Part shown: in pieces, positions 51,036 through 64,000 of the stretch
Position numbering within the stretch: position 1 is the stretch's first letter
Layout of the letters: the number at the start of each line of letters is the position of its first letter
Assembly (NCBI GenBank): GCA_002633005.1
Contig: NMRA01000117.1
Location: forward strand, 835,483 to 899,482
Direction of reading: 5' to 3'
DNA: 64,000 nt
Source: Phoronis australis
Taxonomy: Eukaryota; Animalia; Phoronida
Notes under the pieces: generated by a model
What the model saw: the letters and a program-made list of their open reading frames with translations, nothing else
Databases searched by the model: none
What the model was told of the DNA's origin: nothing
Made by a program: the position numbers and the translations under genes

Positions 51036-51508
51036 ATTGATTTTTAATTGATCTGCTTTTGCATGAGAGGCTATCAAAATAGGGCTTTCAGGATTTTCAT
51101 GCAAAAATGAAAAATTGAATTAAGCGAAAACGAAATTATAATTTAACATTGATGTCAAATAAAATTTGTTCATGTTATCATTGGGTTTTGCAATGATTGT
51201 GCTTCATTATTTGCTAAATTTTAATAAGAAGACATGTGCACAGTGTCTTCTAATGAGAATTTGGAAAATTGATTTTTAATTGACCCGCTTTTGAATAAAA
51301 GGCTATCGAAGTAGGACTTTAATGATTTTGATGCAAAAATGAAAAAGTTGAATTAAAGAAAAAGGAAATGATAATTTAAAAAACAGTAAGAACGTTTCGA
51401 GGATTTGACTTTGAACAGTTGTATCAAATGAAAGTTGTTTATGATACTGATAGCGTTGTTTTGCTATGATTGCACCTTTCTTCTTTGCTAAATTTTAATA
51501 AGAAGACA
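51036..51508. repeat. Diverged ~235-bp direct duplication
   Basis: aattgatttttaattga...tttgctaaattttaataagaagaca twice. Confidence 0.75.
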
Positions 51509-53676
51509 CGAAAGTTTAACTCTTTAGTTTCTTACGTATTTGTCAAAATGCACAGAGTTGTCGATAAGGCCATATGCAACATTAAAGGTGAAAGTAACCG
51601 TTTTTAATGTTACCTGTAATAATACATATCTCTGGTCACCTTGTAGATATATTGTTCGGTGTTACCGTTCTCTTGGCGATCATGGTTACAAAAGAAAGAG
51701 GCGTCAATGGTCAAACAAAGGGCCAGCATCTCGTGTCTCATGTCTTGCACTATACTGAACACAGTCTGTGCAGGTTATTCGTGTTTGATCAATGACAGTG
51801 AATGCCTAACCACTGCAAATTCAGTTGACATTGTGAGTGGATGTTGAAACAGCATACGTCATTAAGGCATGTTTATGTTACATTGAGAGTGAATGTTGAA
51901 ATAGCATACATCATTATGTAGATTACGTTAGTCAAAAACTAGTTTTCACCGAATAATTAAGCAAAAACTGTCAGATTATGAAGACTCGCAACGTTTTCTG
52001 CTTTTTGTGGACTTCGGCATATCACTATCGAAGAAGAAGAAAAATTAGAAGAAGAAGATATATTTATTACAGTGACCAGTGTTACAAATATTTCAGGGAA
52101 ACGTATGTAGCGAGAGAGCTACAAGACACTCTTTTTGTGAACGTTTTGTATCTCCCTTACCAGCCATTCTAGCTAAAAACAAGAACGTCCTGCACCAGTT
52201 GCAACAGTTGTAGTACGTCGCTTGTCATCAGCGATAAAACGTTCCCCAGTGCATACTTCACCTGTGGCTATTTTTTGATTAATGTCTATCGGAGAAGTAC
52301 AGCGTACACAGCATTTTAATTTACGCCCTGGTTGTTTGAAACATTGAGAATAATTCTGAATCGTCATCAATGACTCAGCCTTCGTGGTCTTTACAGTTTA
52401 CTTAAAGACGCAACATGCATACACGTGTATATGTATTGTTATATAATTAATACATTTTTCTTTTACATTTTTAATCATTATTTGTGTCCGCGTCGTGGCT
52501 GCTGTGTTGAAGAAATATTCAGAGTTCGAAGATCGGATAAGATAAGGGAAGTCAAGTATTATCTCTCGTAAAGGTGAACGTAGAAATTATGACCATTGAG
52601 GACCCATAGACCGACGTGCGCTGTCATATCCTGTTTGTGTTATCCTTTCAAACTAATTCTTATCAACAGTCGATATACAAAACTCACTGAAAAAGTGGAA
52701 CAATTCTCCATCTCGGTTTGACTGTTCTCCGTTGATACTCGTATTCCCACTGGAGTGATGGAACCAAAGTTCTCCCGTGGCCTGTATGTTCTGTTTGTTG
52801 TCGTTTTGCAAGTAAGTGAGCGAAAAGAAACCATCTTAAAAATAAGAAATGAAAAATAGCCGTAAACCAACGTTTACGAGTAAAGTCATCTAAAAGCAAA
52901 TTCTTTTAGTGTTTAAGTTGCAGATCAAGAACACGGAGTAGGACGAGGCACGAAAGAGAGGATAGGGTCATCCTTGTGGGTAAGTCAACTGACAGCAAAG
53001 TATGGTTCTGTGACTGTTCAGTGGTACATATACTGTTCCGATCGATGTAGAAGTCCTGCACAATGCCAGGTATCCTTACATTGCGTAGGTACAAGTTGGA
53101 ATGCCTATTGAAGTTGAGGAATTGTTTGGGCTTCAAAACTTTTCTGTGAATACTTTTAGGTACTAATTAATATCATAAAAGCAATGCACAACATTGACAA
53201 AGGTCGTCAAAAAGTGAACCAAGGTGATTACACTTAAACTGTCAAAGCTTTTATCAGCGTCACATTTTGTAAATTTGTTTGTGGGCTCCCCATTTCTGTG
53301 TTACACATGGCCTATCTTTCGCCACAATAGGTTAGTTTCTTGAATTTTACCTTACCCATGACATGCCCTTGATAGTTCAAATAACCAGCTCACTTTCTTT
53401 GTCTATGTATGATTTCACATCTCTCTCAAGATTCCTAAATAGACTGCAACTACTGAATGGAGCGGCACGAAATGTAATCCTGTATGATTTGCGGGCTAAA
53501 ACTGATTTCGTAAAATTTTCGGTTGACCCGTGTTCAAATTGTTGGAAAATAATGGTCCCAGTATCCCTGATTTGAGACGTATGATTCCCTTGAATCCCAA
53601 ATACGTTCACTGCAGTTCTTATTACTATTATTTTTATTTTTATTGTTATTAATATTATTTTTATGGTTCTACAATT

Positions 53677-53713
53677 ATTGTTGTTTTGTTGTTGTTGATT
53701 TGTTGTTGTTGTT

Positions 53714-53746
<33 letters not shown>

Positions 53747-53850
53747 TTTTGTTGTTGTTTTGTTGTTGTTGATGTTGTTGTTGTTTTGTTGTTGTTGATG
53801 TTGTTGTTGTTTTGTTGTTGTTATTGTTGTTTTGTTGTTGTTGTTATTAT
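53677..53850. repeat. (TTG)n imperfect microsatellite
   Basis: Visible directly. Confidence 0.95.
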
Positions 53851-54071
53851 TAAGTTATTTCTATTCATAATAATAATACTAATTAGTATTATAACAATCC
53901 TGTCATGACTGATGCGGTTAGATTTCATACATATGCCTAGCTTGTGTCTTTTGTCTAAGAAGCCTGCTTTGTATTTATGACTGGTGATAGAAGGAAATGT
54001 TCCTTTAATGAGCAGCCCAGATTCTTTGCAGTCTATGTTAATATCAAATGCATCGAGTACGTGGGCCCTCT

Positions 54072-54339
54072 GTGCAGGCCAAACTGTCACAATGCCCCAA
54101 ACTGTCACAACTTCAAAACTGCGACAATTTGGATCAGATCTCCAGGCCCAAATTGTCACGTCAACAGTTTTTTGGTGTAGCAATTTGGGTCTGCACTATA
54201 GTACAGACCTTAATTGTCACACGTAAAAATTGTGAAAATTTCGTAAATTGTGACAATGTGGCCAAGCAGCGCTGAACCAAAATTGTTGTCATTTTGAAGT
54301 TGCGACAATTTGGGATGTTGTGACACTTTGGGCCTGCAC
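54072..54339. mobile_element. MITE with ~65-bp imperfect TIRs and internal tgtcaca motifs
   Basis: gtgcaggccaaactgtcacaa...ttgtgacactttgggcctgcac. Confidence 0.65.
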
Positions 54340-55244
54340 TGGGCTCATTATGCATTTAAAGTTTTGTGATGTTGATAAGCTCGACCTCGGATGTATACTT
54401 CCTTTTGTAGTGAAATGGGGAGTAAACCAAAACAAATTGTAATAGTAACAAATTTAACATCAAACTAAAGCTCTTGTTCTGCTCTATAACATATCAAAGG
54501 TCAAAGAAAATCTAGTCAGTGGAACATCTTTTTACCAAACGGAAGAACAATTTGACTTTGCGCATGCCCAGACGTCAGACGTTGTCCGTGACATTAGTTC
54601 TTTAAACATTAATTTGATACATATGTGCTGCAATAATGTTAGAAATTGGATGAAATAGGATGGAATGAAAACATAAGGTACGAATTTATTTACTTTTAAT
54701 GCATAATACATGAATTTGTTGTTGCAAAGACCGACCGAGCAACGCAATGCACGGTGTTTACGGTGCAATTTGATAAATGTTACAGATAATAAAGATNGGA
54801 GTAAACCAAAACAAATTGTAATAGTAACAAATTTAACATCAAACTAAAGCTCTTGTTCTGCTCTATAACATATTAAAGGTCAAAGAAAATCTAGTCAGTG
54901 GAACATCTTTTTACCAAACGGAAGAACAATTTGACTTTGCGCATGCCCAGACGTCAGACGTTGTCCGTGACATTAGTTCTTTAAACATTAATTTGATACA
55001 TATGTGCTGCAATAATGTTAGAAATTGGATGAAATAGGATGGAATGAAAACATAAGGTACGAATTTATTTACTTTCAATGCATAATACATGAATTCGTTG
55101 TTGCAAAGACCGACCGAGCAACGCAATGCACGGTGTTTACGGTGCAATTTGATAAATGTTACAGATAATAAAGATTAATAGTGTGCTTTATTAACATACT
55201 GGTCATGCAAATACATGATACCTCGAGTATTTGCTTATCGGCGA

Positions 55245-56180
55245 CCTGTTTGTATTTGCTTTCGAGCTCATCCTGGGCCCATCGTCGGGATACTGGCGGG
55301 AATCTTCGTGTCACATGGTCGCCAGTGGGTGGTCCTTGGTATTTGTCTAACACCACCTGGTGGCAGTTACTTGCGAGGAGGCGGTGGTAAATAGCTAGTA
55401 ATTAATATCTACTGCCTCTGTTCAATTATGGTTTATTGTTCATGATTTTGACTGCTTCTCTTAGTTTACGATTCCAATATTTATTTTCTTTAGATTGTAT
55501 TTTGCAAATGTTGTGCGATGTGTCCATACAGTGTTCTCCTACGGCTTTAGTGCTGTCAGACGATATGTCAAAGTGTTCTTTTAGTCTGGAACCTAGATTT
55601 CGGGCGGCCTCACCAACATATATGGCAGTACAATCAGGCATCCAATCATGTACATCACCCCGCATTTCTTGTCGAGTGACTTGTCTTTAGGGTGAACCAA
55701 AGCACTCTGCAGGATATTGAATGGTTTGTGGTAAGATCCCACCTGGTGTTCTGTAAAGGTGTTAGACAATTTCTTCGAGATACCGTGAACGTACGGAAGG
55801 GCTACATTGGCTCTAAAAGGGTCAACCTTCTTAGACACATCCAGTCGGTGTAGTCATTGTCGCGTAACACATATTTGATTTCAGTCTGTTCCAGATGTTT
55901 GTCATTTTCTTCGGTTACTAATTTCCAGCTCTGATCTTTTATGCTGGAGATGGTGGTTATAGCGGAAATTCAGGTACAGATCGGTGTGGATAGTGACCTT
56001 CGTACTACCGTCCTCTTTGATATGTATGTACGTGTCAAGAAACAAAAGTTTGTCATCCGATGGGTGCTCAATGGTAAATTTGATGTGACGGTCTTCCGAG
56101 TTGATGTCGTCTAGAAATTCACTTACGTAGTACTCCTGGATCCTGACAAAGGTGTCGTCCACGTAGCGGTACCACATCTG
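55245..56180 (-). mobile_element. Degraded 5'-truncated Penelope-like retroelement (RT C-half + GIY-YIG + 3' region)
   Basis: WYRYVDDTF, IKFTIE, LLFLD, LPYVHGISKKL, YVGEAARNLGSRLKEH, RKLREAVKI across frameshifted ORFs. Confidence 0.85.
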
Positions 56181-56204
56181 GGACAGACTAGAATCAAAGA
56201 TGTG

Positions 56205-56880
56205 TTACGTGGCAATTACTACACCGACTGGATGTTCGATCCCAGACCCAATGTTTCTAAAAGGTTGACCCTTGTAGACTAAGTCAACGTAGTCCTTCCG
56301 GACGCTCAAGGTCTCTCGGAAAAACAGTCTAACATCTTCAAAGAACACCATGTGAGGACCTATTACAAACCATTCAACACCCGACGGAGTACTTTGTTTT
56401 ACCCAAAAAGACAAGCCTCTCGACAACAGGAAATACGGGATGATATACATGATTGAATGCAATGATTGCCCTGTCAAATATATCGGTGAGATCACCCGAA
56501 ACATAGGTACCAGACAAAAAGAGCACTTTAGCATATCACCCGAGAGCCCTTCAGCCGTAGGAGAACACCGTATGGACACATCGTACAACATTAGTAAACC
56601 TTCAGTCAAAATACTATCTAGCGAAAATATATAGTGGCATCGTAAAACCAGAGAAGCAGTCGAAATCATGAACAATAAACCAAAACAGTGGATATGAATT
56701 ACCAGTTATGTACAAGCGCCTCCTCGCAAGTAACAGTCACCAGGTGGTGTCAGACAACCACCAAGGAGCATCCACTGGCGACCATGTGACACGAAGATTC
56801 CCTCCAGTACACCGACGAAGGGCCCAGGGCGGGCTCAAAAGCTAGGAACGCTAACACAAACAGGTCACCCATAGGAAACT
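56205..56880 (+). mobile_element. Inverted partial Penelope-like copy (linker + GIY-YIG + 3' region)
   Basis: IYMIECNDCPVKYIGEITRNIGTRQKEH; diverged reverse complement of 55245-55850. Confidence 0.85.
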
Positions 56881-57599
56881 ACCCAATACTGTGTAATGGC
56901 GCCAGTTACGAACATTCATTCTGTCATACGATGCCTTCTTGCGAGAAGAGATGAAACGATTTCTTAACTACAAACTAGGGCTCCCTGGAATCCGTAAAAA
57001 ATAACATGTTTACAACTCACTCTGAAAAATGTAAGCTTAAGTACTCAATTTAGACAAGAGTCACGTGTTGGATATTCATCATATTCAATAAATGTTTTGA
57101 ACACTGAAGGCATAGTTCAAACATCATTTTGGGACAAAGATCATACAACTTGGTAAGTTCTGAGAGAATGAAACTGATATATCCTGTGCAGCTTTGATCT
57201 ATATATCTTGAATGCTTAAAAGTATTGTAGCAATGAACGGAACGATCATTCCAACAAAGATAAGGTGTCCTAGGAGTATTATCACAAATACCACTTTACC
57301 CGGAGCATGCAGTAGAGCTTCCTGCCTACGAAGGAGGAAGTGCACTAGGCTGAAATGAAACTGTGTTTGCTGCAGCTTTCATAAGAATTTATCACATATG
57401 CTAACTGAAGGTTACCATTGCACGTGCAAACTAGAGATGTTTCATCCACAGAGTCAATGTCATCTTTATTGGCTCTAGGTTTCACGGAAACGTATACGTC
57501 AGATTTGACTGACACTTTCTTGGCCAAACCGAAAACACTAAAATGCTATTAAACCCACGAGCGCAACAGTACTTGGTGCTTGGTTTGTCACTATATCCA

Positions 57600-58080
57600 T
57601 CAAAAACTATCATCATTCTGTTCCCTCATTTTTCTCAGGTGTGATACCACATGCAGTGTGATACCACATGCCGTTTGGGTAAGAAAGTAGCAATCTCATT
57701 CATGACATATAGTATTCAGTTCCAAGACAAGGCAAATGGTTTCACTGTTCATGGAACCCATAAAGACTACGTCATCTCAGCAGGTGAAATAACCCTGGTT
57801 TGTTTGTATAACGACAATCCTCACCATGTTATCAATGTTCCCAGGTATGAGAAACTGCAAGAAGCACAGTGCCAGTTCAACCTAATGTACCTCTACCCCG
57901 GGGTGTCAAACACCACAACCATAGATTGTATCTCCAGAAATGGTTAGGTGTTAATTGTTGAACTATCTTACATTGATTCGGACTGGAAAGTCTGGGAAGA
58001 AAACTTACTGACAGGAATCATGACCGATCTGCAGCCTTCTCCTTAGAAATTCCTGGAAGTCGTTTGCTGTGGTTGCGAGT
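57600..58080 (+). pseudogene. Highly degraded remnant of the same transposon protein family
   Basis: Fragments FSGCDTT, GKK, AGEITLVCLY, RYEKL, MTDLQPSP..FLEVVCCGC. Confidence 0.45.
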
Positions 58081-58682
58081 ATTGCTACTAAATTTGAAAG
58101 CTGAACATGTTCCACACAGGATATTTCACCACGCAGTACCTACAAAGGGGGTATAAGCCCGTGCTTCGTTGCAAAACCTAGTTTTCGACTGAAGCCACGT
58201 GGCATTATGAAGTTGATCTCAAATTAATTGTTCCTTTGTCAAAATAGACCTATGCAATTTCTTTGCTTGGAAATAACTGTTAGTGTATTATTGACCAGGC
58301 TCTACAAAATGACTTGTCACATTGCGTCATTACCTTATTGGCCGATCGTAGTCTTGAGAAATAACGAACTGTGAGTTCTTTACAAGACCAAAAGTTGTCT
58401 CTCATCCAAGTAAAGAAAATGCTAAGAGTAATTTTATAGCGGTAAGTGGTCTCATACAAACTTAGTTTATTCTTCTGAACGCAGTTTTATTGCCACTTTA
58501 TGAGGTGCAGTCGTGTTAGTTTGTTTTGACGTTACAGTGAGCTTCGTGTGCACTCCGTAACAGCGAGAACGTCACGAAAATGAAAGATAAAGCAAGATTT
58601 CAGGAGATATCGGTCGTGTATTACAATCGAAAACCACAAGTTCACACGGAAGCAGCTCACTAGTCTGAAAGTCTCTAATCCT

Positions 58683-58932
58683 AAGGTGCACTAGTCCAAA
58701 GGTGTACTAGTCCGAAGGTGCACTAGTCCGAAGGTGCACTACTCCGAAGGTGCACTACTCGAAAGGTGCACTAGTCCGAAGGTGCACTAGTCCGAAGGTG
58801 CACTACTCCGAAGGTGCACTAGTCCGAAGGTGCACTAGTCCGAAGGTGCACTAGTCCGAAGGTGCTCTGCTCAGACGGTGCACTAGTCCGACGATGCACT
58901 AGTCCGGAGGTGCACTTGACCGAAGGACTACT
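58683..58932. repeat. 16-bp minisatellite, ~15 copies
   Basis: aaggtgcactagtccg. Confidence 0.92.
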
Positions 58933-60493
58933 AGTAAGACTGAACTGAGCCATAAAGCAATAAAATGCAATTTTTGTCAGCATTCTACGAGAGTACCTCT
59001 GCACTTGAATCGCATTGTGGAAACTTCTCTTCTCAGCGTGGTGTGATGACCTACACACTTTTGCGACGATCAGATACAATGGAAGTCGGATGTGCGACCA
59101 AGACATCAATCTACCGTCTCCGTACCCTTAGAATGAACAAATGAAACTTGTTACCTTGGGAATCTATTAGCATGTTTCAAAAATTTACCAGCTTCCAAAC
59201 TGGCAAGTAATGCTACTTCATCGTAAAAAAGTTACATAGTTCTTTTTAATCATAACGAAGAATGTCTTCTCAACTACTATAATTCCTTAAAAGCTCTCAG
59301 AAAGGTGATGCTCCCCGATGTGTGCCTGCAAGATACGTTCTATAATGGCGTTCCATGCAGCACTGCAGTGCTTATTTACCACCTCCGTGTCTATTAAGTG
59401 GCGGACGTAACGCTTTAATAAATATGGTCTTTTCACGCTTCTTTCAAACTAGTTATTCCTTACTCAAAATTCAGCATTGTCGTAAACTTCCTGACCGTCC
59501 GCATGTAATCCGTAACGTCTGTAATCCGTAACGAAGCATCTTTAGTTTCCTGTCAACCTATTCTTGGTCACCATTTCACCATTCTTTTATGAGGGCACGG
59601 TATGTTCCCGAGAGTTTAAGAATGAATACCCAGTCGATCAGATTTGTCTTTGTTATGACTACTGAACTTTCCTGGATTGTACATATCTTTTTCTTCAAAA
59701 AGGCTTTGTGTACTATAATGAAAACTACAGAAAAGTCTAAATTCACGTTAGGGAGATTTTATATCATTTGTAAAAGATTCTGCAAAAAGTGGAGAGAATT
59801 TATTTATTTAAACTTCGTTAAAAGACTGGGTGACCCCTTTAGTGAATACATTGATTTTCAAATGGGCCAAGTCGGAAATAATTACATGAAGCAAAATACA
59901 GACAGCTATGTACAATTAGATTAAACATTAATGAATGAAATAAATTAGCATGAAAATGAGTTAATATGTACAGTTAGATTAGTAAATAAAATATAATAGA
60001 GTAACATGATAATGAGCTGAGGCCTACAGTCCTGAACCATGCACAAAGTTCGAGTATTTCTGTTAAAAGACGTGAACATGGGGCGCGTTCGTGACGGCAG
60101 TCCCCAGCCCGTTGTTAGCGACAGCACCCCTGTAGGCAAAAGTTCTTTTGCCGCAGTTGTTTTTAGGTTTATCTGGTACCAGTCAGCCAGCCAGAAACAC
60201 TCGCTCTAGTATTGTAATTGTGAGAATCTCTGACTGATTTGAATTTAGTAGTGAGAAAGTATTAATCAAAGCAACTTTTGCTTCAGTATATGCCTTGTGA
60301 TTTTTATATTTCCCCAAAACTTTAAGCATACATGTACATGCAAACGAAAGCTTATGAATTATATTAAACTACCTTTTCAGGCCTCTGATATTGCATGTGT
60401 TTATCCACCATCCAGACTTCGTTTGACCCACCCACTTGGGGTAACTTGGATAGAGTGAGAAATAGTGAGACAGAATTGTGATAGATTCAAGAC

Positions 60494-63400
60494 TAGACCG
60501 GCAGCCCAGAGCACTTAGCATAGATGAAAGAGGTACCAAAATCGGACCACGGGAGCGTTTAAAGTCCACCTCAGTATGTACAGAAATGGACGTCTGCCAT
60601 TGCCTGCACTCTGGATGTGACCCCTGGGGGCCTTACAAAGAGTCCAAAAATGAGCTGGACTAGATATTCGAGGTACTAACCAAAACTGATTTAAAATGAA
60701 CAATAGTACCGCACTGAACACCGAATGACCCATGACAGACAAATTGCACTCTGGAATGGGTCCGGCAGAAACCAAAAAAGGACCCCCCCAAAAAAAAATT
60801 AGCTAGCAAGGTACCGCACAAAACCAATTCCATATGATTCAATACATGTCACAGATAACTAAAACCCCTATGACAGACAAAATACAATCTGGGTTGTGCC
60901 CGGCAGAAACCCCCAAAAATCTCAGCCACCGTATGCCATCAAAATTTGATCTAGACTAGAGTTTCGAGGTACCGGCCAAAACTGATTTTAAACAAACAAT
61001 AGTACCGCACTGAAACCAAATGACCCATGACAGACAAATTGCTCTCTGGAATGAGTCCGGCAGAAACCAAAAAAGGACCCCCCAAAAATGAGCTAGCACA
61101 TACATTCGAGGTACCACACAAAACCAATTCCATCAGGTTCAATACATGTCACAGGTCACTAAATGCCCTATGACAGACAAAATACACTCTGGATTGTGCC
61201 TGGCAGAAACCCTCAAAAATCTCAACCACAGTAGGCCTATATGCTATCAAAACTTTAAGGTACATTAGATACCCGAGGTACCGGCTAAAACTGACTTAAA
61301 ACCAATAATCCACCAGATGACCCATGACAGACTACAAATTGTGCTCTGGAAGGCGTTCACCAGAAACTCAATTACACCGTAAAAGGAGCTAGGCCATCTT
61401 TCGGGGTACCACAATAAACAATTCCACGTGATTCAAAAAGATGGTACTGGTTACCAAATACGCTATGACAGTTAATACCCAGTGTGGGTTGTGCTCGCCA
61501 GCCTCAGAAATATCAACTACTGGTAAGTAATTTTGAAAATATATGACATATTAGATAATGAGTTTATATTTTTGCGTCTATTGAGCTCTCACACTGGTTG
61601 TCAAATGGATGGTGGCGGAGAGTAAGCATTTTGGAAAGTACCTGATAACAGTGAAACTTTGGGATACCAAGAACTGTCTATAACCAACCCGCTTGGTAAA
61701 GTTTATAAACGCAGATTGTTTTTAAACAATTTTTAAAAATATAAAACGCCATCAAAACTGCCAGCAGAGAGGATACGTCAGCGACAACACATGGCCCCTA
61801 AATTTGCGATAGATCGAGGAACCACGAAAATTATTTCCAAGTAGCCCTTTCATCTCATTGACTACTAAACAATACGTTGAAAGAAAAGTAATAGACGTGT
61901 TTTTAAAAACCTTCTTTAATCAAAATAAACTACATGAAATAGAGCAACACTTTCAAACAGCATAGTTACAGCTAGTCAAAATCGCTGTATCGACGAGAAC
62001 ATCAAGCTACTAGATGTTTAATGTCAACAGTAGTTTCCTGTTAGTTTTTAATACGTTTCAATATCAGATTCGTCACTGCTACTCCAGCTTGATTCGGGCT
62101 CGCTTGTTTCGTCATAGCCCATTTCCCCTACCTCTTGATCGGCTTGGTTTTCTTGTAAAAGACCAGCAGCTTCAAAAAGAACATCAGGAACGGCAGATCC
62201 ACAAAACCATTTGGGAGTGTAGTATCCATCTTGTACCTTCCAACCGTAGGTAAGAGGATCCAAACCGTTTCCCGGATCGGCCGAATCCACTTGGCCCCAG
62301 AGCAAGGCAACACAATGGGCTTGTTTGAGCTTGTTCAACAGTGTCTTTCGGCAAGGAGGAAGCAATGCGCAGTCAATCTTCTTGATGTTGGACATCGGCT
62401 TTTCCTGAAATAAATAGTGAGAAAATTTTATTGACGAGGGGCCAATTGTCTAAAAGCTGACGAACAAAAACATAAAACAATTTCACCACCATTTACTGTT
62501 TTTTAAGTATGACGTGAAACTGGGCTTTTTGGTTTAACACTATGAAAACATTTGGAATTATTTTCGTTGCTTTTATGAACTATATTTTGTCAATTACATT
62601 TATTACCTTGTCATATATATTTTTTCCGGTCATCTCTATTAATTTTAGATATCTCGCTTCATTGACATCTTTGACTCCTCCCTTCATTAAATAGGAGGCA
62701 TATGTGTTCTTCCAATTTTCTTCCGTCTGGGACATCTACGCTTATTAACTCTGAGAAGAAGCTGATAAGTGTCCCAGATGAGTCTTTCATCAGGATTTCC
62801 AGAGGCCTCACTTTCCCTTTCCTATGCAGTGCTGCTGTGACGTCACACCCTGTCATTGCATGCAGACCAGGCAATGCTGCAGCGACACCCCTTGTTACCG
62901 AAACACGTCGTTGTTTATATATTTATTTAAATAGCATTGGGACTCCACCGCGTGGCTGCGCACCAAATTAGGGGGATTTGTATTTCATCACGGAAGACAT
63001 TATGTCGGCCATCGACAAATGACTCCGCGAAACTAAAACATTGGAAACACTATACACTACACTGAATTTCGACATCATGTAAAAATTTCTTCAAAAACTT
63101 ACCACTAGGCGAGTTAACTGTCTCACAACTTGACACCCGTCTTCTTTTCGCTTGTAGTGAACATGAGAGTGAACACAGGCTTTAGGGAACGAAAGTTTTC
63201 TATAATAAGTTTTTGTTTCCTGCGGTCCCGCTTTTTGGAGTTAACTTATTAAATACACCACTTTTGTAACCAATTTAGAATATGAATACTTCGATTTCCG
63301 TGGTGCAATTTTTAACATCTTGTTGTCCAGTTGTTTGGATTTCCCACCCGAGTACTTGAACTAACAGGAGAAAGCTGCATGACAATTGTAGCTCCATTTT

Positions 63401-64000
63401 TTAAGGTCCTTTCTGGGTTTCTGGCCGAATGTTTCCGGAGTAAAATTTGTCTTTCACGGGTAAATGGGTGTTCAGTGCAGCACGATTGTTGGTTTTAAAT
63501 CAGTTTAAGCCGATACCTTGAAAATCTGTCTCAAAAATGGCACACCGTGGTTGAGATTTTTGAGGGTTTCTGCCAGGCGCAATCCAGAGTGTATTTTGTC
63601 TGCCGGTCATAGGGCATTTAGTGACCTGTGACATGTATTGAATCTCATGTAATTGTTTTTGTGGTACCTCGAATGTATGTGCTAGCTTATTTTTAGGGGG
63701 TCTTTTTTGGTTTCTGCCGGACCCATTCCAGAGTGCAGTTTGTCTGTCATGAGTCATTCAATGTTCAGTGAGGCACTATTGTTTGTTTTAAATCAGTTTT
63801 GGCCGGTACCTAGAAACTCTAGTCTAGATCAAATTTTGATGGCATACGGTGGTTGAGATTTTTGGGGGTTTCTGCCGGGCACAACCCACATTGTATTTTG
63901 TCTGTCATAGGGGTTTTAGTTATCTGTGACATGTATTCAATCATATGGAATTGGCTTTGTGTGGTAGGTCGAATTTATGTGCTAGCTCATTTTTTTTGGG
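60494..64000 (-). mobile_element. Internally deleted DNA transposon, probably AcademX-type, with long repeat-built TIRs; right end outside window, left end approximate
   Basis: ~300-bp units tandem at 60660-61500 and inverted at 63370-64000; coding remnants LHAMTGCDVTAALHRKGK and LLPPCRKTL..K..QAH.VA.LW...DPLTYGW...Y.PKWF.G.AVP. Confidence 0.65.
62048..62900 (-). pseudogene. C-terminal remnant of transposon protein (XPG/H3TH-like GCD motif), frameshifted, with probable intron ~62406-62606
   Basis: ORFs 62659-62874 and 62048-62395; minus-strand gt/ag sites between them. Confidence 0.6.

Noticed and set aside
54419-55175. 378-bp direct duplication giving twin 78-aa ORFs
   Set aside because: Copies abut a single N at 54797 and differ by a few SNPs; haplotype artefact, ORF unsupported

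Overview
AT-rich, intron-rich animal genomic DNA, probably a marine invertebrate (inferred from gene and repeat content). It comes from a draft assembly with one long N gap and several single-N joins. Three genes can be reconstructed with frame-consistent splice sites. (1) The last three exons of RNA polymerase III largest subunit POLR3A/RPC1 (+, stop at 6187), whose final intron is a U12-type AT-AC intron. (2) A complete 19-exon Ku80/XRCC5 gene (-, 35419..6654, 730 aa) with a U12-type GT-AG intron 3. Its stop lies 466 bp from the POLR3A stop. (3) A 6-exon gene (+, 39340..50403, 1283 aa) encoding signal peptide + MNNL + DSL + 28 EGF repeats with no visible transmembrane or intracellular part, i.e. 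an apparently secreted, very long Notch-ligand-like protein; this is the most interesting feature. Introns and intergenic DNA hold a pol-less Gypsy LTR element 8 nt from a Ku80 donor, a foldback element with ~270-bp TIRs and 9-bp TSD, and a Helentron-type HINE just upstream of the DSL gene. They also hold inverted Penelope-like fragments with hammerhead-like motifs, Academ-like remnants, several MITEs and many minisatellites. Duplications flanking single Ns, including Ku80 exon 5, look like haplotype assembly artefacts. All family calls rest on motif recognition by eye; no database searches were run.
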